Source of the DNA: Gemmatimonadales bacterium
GTDB lineage: Bacteria > Gemmatimonadota > Gemmatimonadetes > Gemmatimonadales > GWC2-71-9
Reading direction: 5' to 3'
DNA: 64,000 nucleotides
NCBI GenBank assembly: GCA_050733195.1
Contig: JBOHSH010000021.1
Coordinates: 14,387-78,386 of the forward strand
The notes beneath the pieces are model-generated. The model was not told where the DNA came from, searched no databases, and saw only the letters and a program-made list of their open reading frames with translations. The translations under genes were made by a program, and so were the position numbers. Below, in pieces: positions 7,678 through 16,834 of the stretch (position 1 is its first letter; each line of letters starts with the position of its first letter).

Positions 7678-9212
7678 CGGGCGATCCGCACCTGTGACCA
7701 GCGCTGACCATTGAAGATCGCGGGAACCCGCCAGCCTTCGATCTCCGGCCTGACCGCCCAGAGGTCGACGGGGAACCAGAGGAAGAGCCACGGCGCGAGC
7801 TCGAACAGGCGGCCGTCGATCTCCCTGGAGAGAGCAGCTTTCTCTGCCGGATCGGCAGTTCGCCGCGCCCGGATGATCAGCTCGTCGAGCGCCTTGTCCT
7901 CGAGGAAAGCGAGGTTGCCGCCCGGCCCCCGGTTGCTCGAGTGGAACAGGGGCCAGGTGAAGTTCTCGGGGTCGGGATAGTCGCCGTACCAATCGGTGAG
8001 AAAGAGGTCCGTCTCGCCCTTCCGGGCAGCGGCCCTGGCGCTCGCGGCGTCCCGCTCGACGATCTCGACAGCGATGCCGACGCGCCCGAGGTCCCGCTGG
8101 ATCGCTTCGGCAACGCGGGCATAGACCGGACGGGCGGTTCGCCAGAGCCGGAGCGACAGACCCGAGGCGTGGCCCGACTCCCCGAGCAGCCGCCTGGCCA
8201 TCGCGGAATCGAGCGCAAACCGTTTCCGCGTCGAATCATGGCCCACGAGGCCGGGAGGGATGGCCCCGGCCGCGAGCACCCCGCGCCCGCCGTACACGGT
8301 TCGCAGGATGGCCTCGACGTCGACGGCGTGATTGATCGCCCGGCGCACCCGAACATCCCGGAGTGGACCCCGAGTGGTATTGATTGCTACGTACACGGCC
8401 CTGAGCGCCGATCGGCGCTGCAGCTCGGCCGGTCGGGCGGCATCCCAGCGGGCCGTCTCCCCGAACGGCACTTCGACCACCGACAGCCTCCCGGCCTCGT
8501 ACTCGGCGGCCTGCGTGAGCGGCTCGGGGATGATCCGGATCCTGAGCGAATCGGCGAGCGGCGGCCCGCCCCAGTAGGTCTCGTTCCTGGCAAAGCGGAG
8601 AGCGTCGTCGTGCTGCCAGGACACGAACCGCCAGGGGCCGCTGCCGACCGGCCGCTCGCCGAGATCGCCGGGGGCCGGCGACGGAACGACCGCCGCGACC
8701 GGCATCGCGAGGAGGGTCGGGAAGATGTTGAGCGGCTCCTCCAGCGTCAGCACGAGCGTGCTGTCGTCGCGAACCTGAATCCCCCGGAGCGCCGTGTCCC
8801 GTCCCGCCAGGCGGTTCCGGGCGCCGGCGATCGGCTCCAGAGGCCAGCTCCGGCCTCCCGTCGAGCCCGGCGCGAGGACGCGCCGGAAGGACTCGGCGAC
8901 CTCCATCGCGCGAAGCGGCCGTCCGTCATGAAACCGCACCCCCGACCGCAGATGAAAGGTGTAGGTCCGGCCGGCGCTGTCCGTCTCCCACCTGGTGGCG
9001 AGACCCGGCCCGAGCCGGCCCTCCGCGTCGAACTGCGTGAGGTTGTCGAAGAGGAGCGCCACTACTTCCCCCGTCGTCACGTCGGTCGAAAGGGCCGGGT
9101 CGAGGGACCTGGGGTCGGAGACCAGGTAGTACTGCAGCGCCGAGCCGGGCGAGGACCCGCCGCAGGCGGCGAGGCTCAGGGCCAGGGCGGAAACGAGGGC
9201 GGATCGGCGCAT
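7674..9212 (-). CDS. ABC transporter substrate-binding lipoprotein, family 5 (peptide/nickel)
   Basis: Lipobox MRRSALVSALALSLAACGG. The length and sequence are typical of family-5 SBPs (FHDGRPL..., YVAINT..GPL.DVRVRRAINHAVD). Confidence 0.85.
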   Translation of the reverse strand: MRRSALVSALALSLAACGGSSPGSALQYYLVSDPRSLDPALSTDVTTGEVVALLFDNLTQFDAEGRLGPGLATRWETDSAGRTYTFHLRSGVRFHDGRPLRAMEVAESFRRVLAPGSTGGRSWPLEPIAGARNRLAGRDTALRGIQVRDDSTLVLTLEEPLNIFPTLLAMPVAAVVPSPAPGDLGERPVGSGPWRFVSWQHDDALRFARNETYWGGPPLADSLRIRIIPEPLTQAAEYEAGRLSVVEVPFGETARWDAARPAELQRRSALRAVYVAINTTRGPLRDVRVRRAINHAVDVEAILRTVYGGRGVLAAGAIPPGLVGHDSTRKRFALDSAMARRLLGESGHASGLSLRLWRTARPVYARVAEAIQRDLGRVGIAVEIVERDAASARAAARKGETDLFLTDWYGDYPDPENFTWPLFHSSNRGPGGNLAFLEDKALDELIIRARRTADPAEKAALSREIDGRLFELAPWLFLWFPVDLWAVRPEIEGWRVPAIFNGQRWSQVRIAR

Positions 9213-9284
9213 GGGGGCGGTTCAGGGTGAGGGGAAGGCCGCCCGAGCGGTGGCGTAAGACTCGAACGGAAATAGATTTGCATC

Positions 9285-11474
9285 GTGGCGTCAATCGAGC
9301 GGACCGGCTCCGGCGTGCGTGGCCGCGCACGTCTTCCAGGCGCAATCCGGGTAGCTCTCCTCATGGGAGCGGCGCTCGCCGCGGTGCCGGCGGCGAGAGG
9401 CCAGGACCCCGGCGCTGGACTCCTGGTTCGCCAGCTCAGATTCACGGGCAACCAGTCGTTCCGCTCCGATGTTCTCGCCGCCTCCATCTCCACGACCAAC
9501 TCCAGCCTGTTCGCCCGCTCTCCGCTGCTGCGCTGGCTCGGCCTGGGCAACGAGCGGTTTCTCAACGAGCGGGAGCTCCGGCGCGACGTCGAGCGACTCC
9601 GCACTTTCTACCGGATTCACGGCTACTACGAGGCCAGGGTCGACACCGCCGTAGCGCGGACGAACACGGCGGCCTACATCACTTTCCGGATCGAGCAGGG
9701 TGAGCCGGTCCGCGTGCGAACCCTCCTGATCAAGGGCGTGGACACGATTCCCCGGCGGCGGGACCTCGTGGAAGACCTGCCCCTCCGCGTCGGGAGCCCG
9801 TACGACCGCGTGCTCCTCCTCGCCACCGCGGACACCCTCTCGCTCCGGATGCAGGATCGCGGGTATCCGTGGGTGCGGGTGCTCTCCGAGCGGAAGGACG
9901 AGTATCTCGACGTCGAGGGCCGGAGCGCCACGGTGGTTCTGGTCGTGAATCCGGGGCCGCGCGCGACGATCGGCCCGATCAAGGTGGAGGGCTCGCTCGC
10001 CGTCGACTCGAGTTTCGTCCGGTCGCTGCTGGCCACCGAGCCGGGACGGCTCTATCGGGGAAAAGATCTCGCCGACAGCCGGCTCAACCTCTATCGCTCC
10101 GATCTCTTCCGATACGCGGTGGTGGCTCCGGATACCACGGCGATCTCGTCCGACAGCACGACGGTGCCGCTGCTGGTGACCGTCACCGAGGGGTACCTCT
10201 ACCGGGTGCGTGCCGCGACCGGGTACGGCACCGACGACTGCTTCCGAGTCGGCGTGGGCTGGCTCGCCCGGAACGCCTTCGGACGCGGCCAGGCCTTCGA
10301 GGTGTCGGGACAGTTCTCCAAGCTGGGCGTGGGGGAGCCGACCTCGGCGCCGGGCATCCGCGACGTGCTCTGCAGCCGGCTGGAGCGCGACTCCCTCGGC
10401 TCGGGCAAGGTGAACTACTCCGCGGCGGTGTCGCTCCGCCGGCCGGATTTCCTGTCTCCGGCGAACACCATCACCTTCGCGCTCTTCGCCGAGCGACGAA
10501 GCGAGTTCCAGGTGTACCGTCGGGAGGACGTGGGCGGGAGCGTGACGCTGACCCGCGAGACCAGCTCCCGCGTTCCCGTGTCCCTGTCGTACCGGCTGTC
10601 CTACGGCGCGACCGAGGCGGAGCCGGTGTCGTTCTGCGCCTTCTTCAACGCCTGCACCGAGGACGACATCGAGAAGCTGCAGGAGCGGCGGCTGCTGGCG
10701 ACGCTCACGCTCGGGATCCAGAAGGTGCGCCTGAACAATCCCCTCGATCCCTCCCGCGGCACCGCCCTCTCGTTCGAGACGGCCCACAGCTCGCAGATCA
10801 TCGGCTCATCGGAGTTCGCCCGCTTCACCCGCGTCACGGGCGACGCGGCGTGGTTCTACCCCTTCGGCCGCCTGGTGCTCGCCGCGCATCTCCGGGCCGG
10901 CATCGTGCTCGCGCCCAAGCTCGTCCTCGACAGCGGCGCGGCCAACTTCGTGCCGCCCGAGCAGCGGTTCTACGCCGGAGGCGCCAACGACGTCCGCGGC
11001 TTCGACCGGAACGAGCTGGGTCCGATCGTCTACACCGTGCCGGTGCAGGACTCGGTGCAGGAGCAGCTCTACCGGGATTCCGCGGCGGCCATCCCGATCG
11101 ACGACGTCCGGTTCTCGCCGACCGGAGGCAACACGCTCGTCGTCGGCAACCTGGAGCTTCGTGCCCCGTCGCCGATCTTCGGCGACAACATGCGCCTGGG
11201 GTTCTTCGTGGATGCGGGCGCGGTCTGGGACCGGGGTGAAGCGGGCGTGGTGGGAGCGCAGCTCCGACTCACGCCGGGCGCGGGCATCCGGTACAACACG
11301 CCGCTCGGTCCCGCGCGGCTCGATGTCGCGTGGAATCCCTACGCCAGGTCGGTGGGCCGGTTGTACGGGCTGCGCACCGGCACGCAGGAGGTGACGGTCC
11401 TCCGGGAGCGGTTTCAGCCTTCCACCGAGCGGGGCCGGATCGTGATTCAGCTCTCGATCGGACACGCGTTCTGA
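9285..11474 (+). CDS. tamA: Omp85-family outer-membrane protein with POTRA region, TamA/BamA-like
   Basis: POTRA-like N-terminus (VRQLRFTGNQSF...) and a surface-antigen barrel ending in IQLSIGHAF. Called tamA because it is followed by, and 1-nt overlapped with, a TamB-like gene. The start is uncertain; the GTG at 9315 gives a better signal peptide. Confidence 0.75.
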   Translation: MASIERTGSGVRGRARLPGAIRVALLMGAALAAVPAARGQDPGAGLLVRQLRFTGNQSFRSDVLAASISTTNSSLFARSPLLRWLGLGNERFLNERELRRDVERLRTFYRIHGYYEARVDTAVARTNTAAYITFRIEQGEPVRVRTLLIKGVDTIPRRRDLVEDLPLRVGSPYDRVLLLATADTLSLRMQDRGYPWVRVLSERKDEYLDVEGRSATVVLVVNPGPRATIGPIKVEGSLAVDSSFVRSLLATEPGRLYRGKDLADSRLNLYRSDLFRYAVVAPDTTAISSDSTTVPLLVTVTEGYLYRVRAATGYGTDDCFRVGVGWLARNAFGRGQAFEVSGQFSKLGVGEPTSAPGIRDVLCSRLERDSLGSGKVNYSAAVSLRRPDFLSPANTITFALFAERRSEFQVYRREDVGGSVTLTRETSSRVPVSLSYRLSYGATEAEPVSFCAFFNACTEDDIEKLQERRLLATLTLGIQKVRLNNPLDPSRGTALSFETAHSSQIIGSSEFARFTRVTGDAAWFYPFGRLVLAAHLRAGIVLAPKLVLDSGAANFVPPEQRFYAGGANDVRGFDRNELGPIVYTVPVQDSVQEQLYRDSAAAIPIDDVRFSPTGGNTLVVGNLELRAPSPIFGDNMRLGFFVDAGAVWDRGEAGVVGAQLRLTPGAGIRYNTPLGPARLDVAWNPYARSVGRLYGLRTGTQEVTVLRERFQPSTERGRIVIQLSIGHAF

Positions 11475-14400
11475 TGCGACGACGGGTCGGACGGGCGGTC
11501 TTCATCCTGTTCTGCGGAGCGCTGGCCACGGTGCTCGGGACGGTGAGCGCCCTGCTCTGGACCGGACCGGGCCGGCGGCTGCTCGCCCGGGTCGTCGTGG
11601 AGGAGACTCGGGGGCTGGTGCGGGGAACCGTCGCGATCGGCGCGGTGTCCGGACGCTTCACCACCGGCTTTACGCTCGAGCGGGTCACCATCCGCGACAC
11701 GGCCGGGGCGGTCTTCGCGGAGGTGCCGAGGCTCGACGTGGCCTACCGTCTGGGGAACCTCGTGGCGGGCCGGGTCGTGTTCGCGTCGCTCGACCTCAGC
11801 CGGCCGCGCTTCCACATCGTCAAGCGGCGGAGCACAGGGCGCTTCAACTGGCAGGAGATCTTCCGCCTGGGTGAAGGGAAGGGCGGCGGCCCTTCTCCGC
11901 TGATCGAAGTGCACGACCTGCACGTCGATAGCGGGCACGTGACCCTGGTGCTCCCCTGGAATCCCGACGGGCGCCTGCGGACCGAGCGGCAGCGGGATTC
12001 CGCGCTCGACGCGGAGCGCGCGAAGCCCGGGCGGCGGATCGAGGCCGGCCCCGAAGGGCTCGATCTCGTCCGGACCATCGAGAACCTCAACACCGACATC
12101 TCGCTCCTCAGGCTGTCCTCGCCGGACGATCAGCCGGTCGTGGTGGAGATCGCCGGCCTCGAGGCGCGCATCAGCGACCCGATGCTCGAGGTCCGGGACC
12201 TTCGCGGCACGCTCCGCACGAAGAACGACAGCCTCGTGTTCGATCTCCCGCGGGTAGAGCTGCCCGGCACCGAGGGCACCGCGTCGGGCCGGATCGACTG
12301 GCCGCAGGACACGATCCGCTATCGCTTCGAATTCGACGCGCCGAAGCTCGCCCTGGCCGACGTGCGGTTCGTTTCTCCCGATTTCCCCTCTTTCGCCGGC
12401 AAGGCGAAGGTCCGGGCCACGTCCGTGAGCAACCAGCGCGTGGACTGGGCGATCACCGACCTCGCGGTGGGCGACTCCGCCGGGGCCATCGAGGGCAGCC
12501 TCGTGGCGATCACCGACGTCTATCGCGGCCTGGGCTTTCGCGATCTCCGCGTGGTGCTGAGCAACCTCGACCTCGACGTACCCCGCCCGTACCTCGACAC
12601 GCTGCCCTTCCACGGCCGGGTGAGCGGCCGGCTGGAGGCGGACGGTTTCTTCGATGCGATGACCGTGGACCTCGACTGGGTGTTCGAGGATGCGAGCGTG
12701 ACCGGCGGGGCGACGAACCTGCTCGTGCTCGCCGGACTGCTCCACCTGGGCGGCCCCGAGGGGATGCGGTTCTCCGGTGCCACGCTCCGCGACACCGAAT
12801 TCGACCTCCGGACGGTCCGGCTGGTCGCCCCCGCGGTGAGTCTCGAGGGCCGCCTCGGCCTGAACGGCACGCTGACGGGTCCCTGGAAGAACGTCGTCTT
12901 CGAGGGGACCGCGATCCACCAGGACGAGCAGCGACCGGTGAGCCGGGCCACGGGCACCGTTCGCCTCGACACGCGAGGTACGGCGCTCGCTCTCGACGCG
13001 GACCTTCAGCTCGATTCGCTGTCGTTCGAGGGCATCCGGCGCGGATTCCCGGATCTCAAGGCTCAGGGCAGCATCGCCGGCCGGGTGAAGCTCGCCGGAC
13101 GGCTCGACAGTCTCCACGTCGAGGGGGCCGTCGGCGGGGCCATCGGTGAGGTCGAGGCCCGCGGTCTCGCGAGCCTCGGCTCCTCGCGATTCGGCGCCGA
13201 CTCGCTCCTGCTCCGGTTCCGCGGGCTCGATCTGGCTCGGCTCCGCGGGTCGGGTGCCCGGACCTCGCTCCAGGGCCGGGTGCTCGCGACGGGCTCGGTC
13301 GACAGCGCGGAAGCGCGCGGCCGTCTCGACCTGGCACTCGGTCGTGGGACGATCCGCGAGCTCACCTTCGATTCCCTGGTCGCGCGGCTCCGCGGCGCCG
13401 AGGGCTTCGTGCGGGTGGATACCGCCGCGCTGCAGTGGGAAGGCGGCCGCATCGACGCCCGCGGGGCGATCGGATGGCGTGCCCCTCACGCCGATACCAT
13501 CCGGATCCACGCCGACTTCCAGGACCTGGTCGTGTTCGATTCGCTGGTGCGCACGCTCGCCGGCATGGGACCCGACACGACCGAAGGGGGTGAGGAGCGG
13601 CTCCGCGGGCAGGGCACCGCCGAGATCTTTGTCTCCGGAGCGGTCGATACCTTCGAGCTGGACGCGAAGGCGGTCATCGGGCGGGCCAGGTTCGCCGGCA
13701 TCCGGGCCTGGAACATCAACGGCGAAGGGAGCTGGTCCACGGTCGGCCCGCACTTCACCGCCAAGGTCCAGGCCGATTCGCTGGCGCGGGGCTCGCTCGG
13801 GCTGATCGATCTGCAGGCCGAAGCCTACGGGCGGCCGGACTCCCTGCAGTGGAGCGGAACCACCGAGGGCCGTCGGTTTGCGCGGCTCGCGGGGGCGGGA
13901 GCGTTTCGCCGGGTCGGCCCGGAGAGCGAGCTCAGGGTCGACTCCCTCGGGCTGGATCTCCTCGGTCGGGGCTGGCGGCTCCAGCGTCCCGCGGTGGCGT
14001 GGATCACGGATGCCGCCATCCGGCTCGACACCGTCCGATTCCTCACCGCCGAGGGCTCGGGGAGCGTCACCCTGGTCGGCGACCTGCCGAGCCGATCGCC
14101 GGGCGAGCTCACCGTCACCGCCCTGGGGATCCGGCTGGAGGACCTCTACGGTCTGGCCCAGCGCGATACCACGGAGATCGACGGCACCCTCACCCTCGAC
14201 CTCCGGGTGGCGGGCACGGCGGACGCTCCGGAGCTTCGGGGCCTCGCCACGGTCACCGGCCCCGTGTTCCGCGACTTCCGCGCCCCCCTCATGCGGGCCG
14301 GGCTCGACTACCGCGCGCGGCGACTCCGCTCGGACATCACCTTCTGGCGGACCGGCAGGCCGGTCGTCGACGTGAGCGCGGAGCTGCCCATCGATCTCGC

Positions 14401-15877
14401 GTTCCATCGCGTGGCGCGGCGGCAGCTGCCCGGCCAGATCAGCATTATCGCCAAAGGCGACAGCGTCGACCTCGCGCTGGTGGAAGCGTTCACGCCGAAC
14501 CTCCGGCGGGTGACCGGACGGCTCAACATGGACGCCCGCGTCGAAGGCACCTGGGAGGCGCCGCGGCTGGCCGGCAGCGTGGAGCTGATCGACGGTGCCG
14601 CCACGATGCCCGGGCTCGGCGTGCGCTACAGCGCGATCTACGGCACCCTGCGGCTGAGCGGCGACTCGATCCTGACGGAGTCGCTGAGCCTGGAGACCGA
14701 CCCCGGCACGCTCACGGTGTCGGGCGGTCTCCGCCTTCCGGGGCTCACCCGGCCGGTCTTCGACCTCACGATGGACGCGCGCGAGTTCCGGCTGATCGAT
14801 GTCGAGAACTATCTCAGCATCACGGCGTGGGGAACGGTCCGGCTGAGCGGCACCGTCTTCCGGCCCGTGCTGACGGGCGAGGGAAGCATCGCCAACAGCA
14901 CGATCTACTTCGCCGATCTCATCACCAAGGACGTGATCAACCTCGAGGATCCCCGCCTGGCGGATCTCGTGGACACGCTGGCCCTCCGCCGGCTCGACCT
15001 CCGGGCGCCGTTCCAGAGCCGGTTCCTCGACTCGCTCACCATCCGGAACCTGGAGCTGCGGCTGGGCCAGAGCGTCTGGCTCCGGTCGACCGAGGCGAAC
15101 ATCCAGCTCGAGGGGAACCGGATCCGGATCAACAAGACCCGCGACAACTACGTGATCGAGGGCGACCTGGACGCGCCGCGCGGGACCTACACGCTCAAGC
15201 TCCCGGGGATCGTCCGGACCTTCGTCGTCGAGGGGGGGAGCGTCCGGTACTTCGGCGACCTCAACGCGCAGGTCGACATCCGCGCGCGGCACGAAGTGCG
15301 AACCCCGGGGGCCACCGGCGATGTCGCGATCATCGCCCACATCACCGGCACGCTGCTCGCACCCAACCTCACGTTACGGGCGCCCGAGCGGCCGGCGCTC
15401 TCCGAAGAAGCGATCATCTCGCTGCTCGCTCTCGGTACCGCCGATCCGCAGGGCGGGCTTCGCGGAGGCGAGGCGGCCGGCATCGCCGCCGCGGTGGCGG
15501 CCTACGCGAGCTCGGTGCTGGCGAGCGAGATCGCGGCATCCGGTCAGGGGCGAACGGCGGACATCATCGAGATCCGCCCGCCGCTCGCGAGCTCCGGACT
15601 CTACGGCGGCCAGCAGGCCCTCCAGCTCTCGGTCGGCCGGGCGGTCACCGAGAAGCTCTTCCTCATCGCGAACGCCGGGTTCTGTGTGGGACGGGGCCAG
15701 CAGAGCCTCAACGCGCGGAATCTCGGCGCCAGCCTCGAGTACCGGTTCCGCCGGGAGCTCAGGGCGCTCGTCGCCGCCGAGCCGGTGGTGAGCTGTTTCG
15801 GCCAGGGCGCCGATCTCTACGGCCCGCCGCGGCGCTACCAGTTCGGCGCCGAGCTCCGCTGGGACCGGGAATACTGA
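11474..15877 (+). CDS. tamB: Translocation and assembly module protein TamB-like (DUF490 C-terminus)
   Basis: ORF 11330..15877 trimmed to the ATG at 11474 (MRRRVGRAVFILFCGALATVLG, an N-terminal anchor). About 1467 aa of repetitive beta-rich sequence. The C-terminus LEYRFRRELRALV...FGAELRWDREY is typical of TamB. Confidence 0.8.
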   Translation: MRRRVGRAVFILFCGALATVLGTVSALLWTGPGRRLLARVVVEETRGLVRGTVAIGAVSGRFTTGFTLERVTIRDTAGAVFAEVPRLDVAYRLGNLVAGRVVFASLDLSRPRFHIVKRRSTGRFNWQEIFRLGEGKGGGPSPLIEVHDLHVDSGHVTLVLPWNPDGRLRTERQRDSALDAERAKPGRRIEAGPEGLDLVRTIENLNTDISLLRLSSPDDQPVVVEIAGLEARISDPMLEVRDLRGTLRTKNDSLVFDLPRVELPGTEGTASGRIDWPQDTIRYRFEFDAPKLALADVRFVSPDFPSFAGKAKVRATSVSNQRVDWAITDLAVGDSAGAIEGSLVAITDVYRGLGFRDLRVVLSNLDLDVPRPYLDTLPFHGRVSGRLEADGFFDAMTVDLDWVFEDASVTGGATNLLVLAGLLHLGGPEGMRFSGATLRDTEFDLRTVRLVAPAVSLEGRLGLNGTLTGPWKNVVFEGTAIHQDEQRPVSRATGTVRLDTRGTALALDADLQLDSLSFEGIRRGFPDLKAQGSIAGRVKLAGRLDSLHVEGAVGGAIGEVEARGLASLGSSRFGADSLLLRFRGLDLARLRGSGARTSLQGRVLATGSVDSAEARGRLDLALGRGTIRELTFDSLVARLRGAEGFVRVDTAALQWEGGRIDARGAIGWRAPHADTIRIHADFQDLVVFDSLVRTLAGMGPDTTEGGEERLRGQGTAEIFVSGAVDTFELDAKAVIGRARFAGIRAWNINGEGSWSTVGPHFTAKVQADSLARGSLGLIDLQAEAYGRPDSLQWSGTTEGRRFARLAGAGAFRRVGPESELRVDSLGLDLLGRGWRLQRPAVAWITDAAIRLDTVRFLTAEGSGSVTLVGDLPSRSPGELTVTALGIRLEDLYGLAQRDTTEIDGTLTLDLRVAGTADAPELRGLATVTGPVFRDFRAPLMRAGLDYRARRLRSDITFWRTGRPVVDVSAELPIDLAFHRVARRQLPGQISIIAKGDSVDLALVEAFTPNLRRVTGRLNMDARVEGTWEAPRLAGSVELIDGAATMPGLGVRYSAIYGTLRLSGDSILTESLSLETDPGTLTVSGGLRLPGLTRPVFDLTMDAREFRLIDVENYLSITAWGTVRLSGTVFRPVLTGEGSIANSTIYFADLITKDVINLEDPRLADLVDTLALRRLDLRAPFQSRFLDSLTIRNLELRLGQSVWLRSTEANIQLEGNRIRINKTRDNYVIEGDLDAPRGTYTLKLPGIVRTFVVEGGSVRYFGDLNAQVDIRARHEVRTPGATGDVAIIAHITGTLLAPNLTLRAPERPALSEEAIISLLALGTADPQGGLRGGEAAGIAAAVAAYASSVLASEIAASGQGRTADIIEIRPPLASSGLYGGQQALQLSVGRAVTEKLFLIANAGFCVGRGQQSLNARNLGASLEYRFRRELRALVAAEPVVSCFGQGADLYGPPRRYQFGAELRWDREY

Positions 15878-16780
15878 GTGGCGCGAGTCCTCCTCATTAC
15901 CAGTCCGGTGGCGGCGCGCACCTCGGAGTCGGCGGGGGACCGGGTGGCGCTGGCGCTCGCCCGCACGGGATGGCGCGTCGACCGGGCGGACACGGCCCGC
16001 GTGGAAGACGCGCGCCGGTTCGCCGCGGAAGGCGTGGCCTCGGGGGTCGATGCCGTCGCGGTCTTCGGGGGCGACGGCACCACGATGCAAGCCGCCGCGT
16101 CCCTGGTGGGCACCGGGGTGCCGCTCGGGCTCATTCCCGGAGGCACCGGGAATCTGCTCGCGGGCAATCTGCGCATTCCGACGTCACTCATCGCCGCGGC
16201 CAAGGCGGTGACGCACGGGAAGCCCAGGCAGATCGATATCGGCCGCGTGGATCTGTCCGACGGCGCCCACTACTTCGGGGTCGCCTGCGGCGCCGGGGTC
16301 GACGCGCGGGTCATGGGGGAGACGCAGACGGCGGACAAGCGGCGGTGGGGAATCGGCGCGTACATCGCCACGACCCTCCGGATCCTGCCGCAGCTCAAGA
16401 GCGTGGACTGCAGGATCACCGTGGACGGGCACAGTCTCGAGGCGCCCGCCGTCGTGATCCTGATCCTCAACTGCGCCGAGATCATCCCGAGGCTGATCCG
16501 CGTGCGGCCGGAGATCAGGATCGACGACGGCGTGCTCGACCTGCTCGTGATCGCCGCCGACTCACCGGCGCAGGCGGTGCGCAGCCTGCTGCGCGTCCTC
16601 CGCAACTCGGTGGGCTCCAGGAGGGAAACGTCGTACCTCCGCTACGCGAGGGGCCGGGAGTTCCGCATCGAGACCGCGGCGACGCTGCCCGTACAATTCG
16701 ACGGCGATCCGGTGGGCGCCACACCCTTCTGCGCCAAAGTGCTACCGGGCGCGCTCACCGTCATGGTTCCGGGCAGCTAG
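15878..16780 (+). CDS. Diacylglycerol/lipid kinase family protein (YegS/BmrU-like)
   Basis: AVFGGDGTTMQAA (GGDGT motif), GLIPGGTGNLLA, and an overall DAGK catalytic-domain layout. The GTG start directly abuts the tamB stop. Confidence 0.8.
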   Translation: MARVLLITSPVAARTSESAGDRVALALARTGWRVDRADTARVEDARRFAAEGVASGVDAVAVFGGDGTTMQAAASLVGTGVPLGLIPGGTGNLLAGNLRIPTSLIAAAKAVTHGKPRQIDIGRVDLSDGAHYFGVACGAGVDARVMGETQTADKRRWGIGAYIATTLRILPQLKSVDCRITVDGHSLEAPAVVILILNCAEIIPRLIRVRPEIRIDDGVLDLLVIAADSPAQAVRSLLRVLRNSVGSRRETSYLRYARGREFRIETAATLPVQFDGDPVGATPFCAKVLPGALTVMVPGS

Positions 16781-16834
16781 CCGCCCGCGCGGGCCGGCCG
16801 CGCAGGTTGCGCTCCTCGCCGGCCGACTACATTC

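Noticed and set aside
11447-15340. 1297-aa minus-strand ORF
   Set aside because: It is antisense to the TamB-like gene. Its composition is low-complexity (Arg/Glu/Pro/Gly) and it has no motifs.
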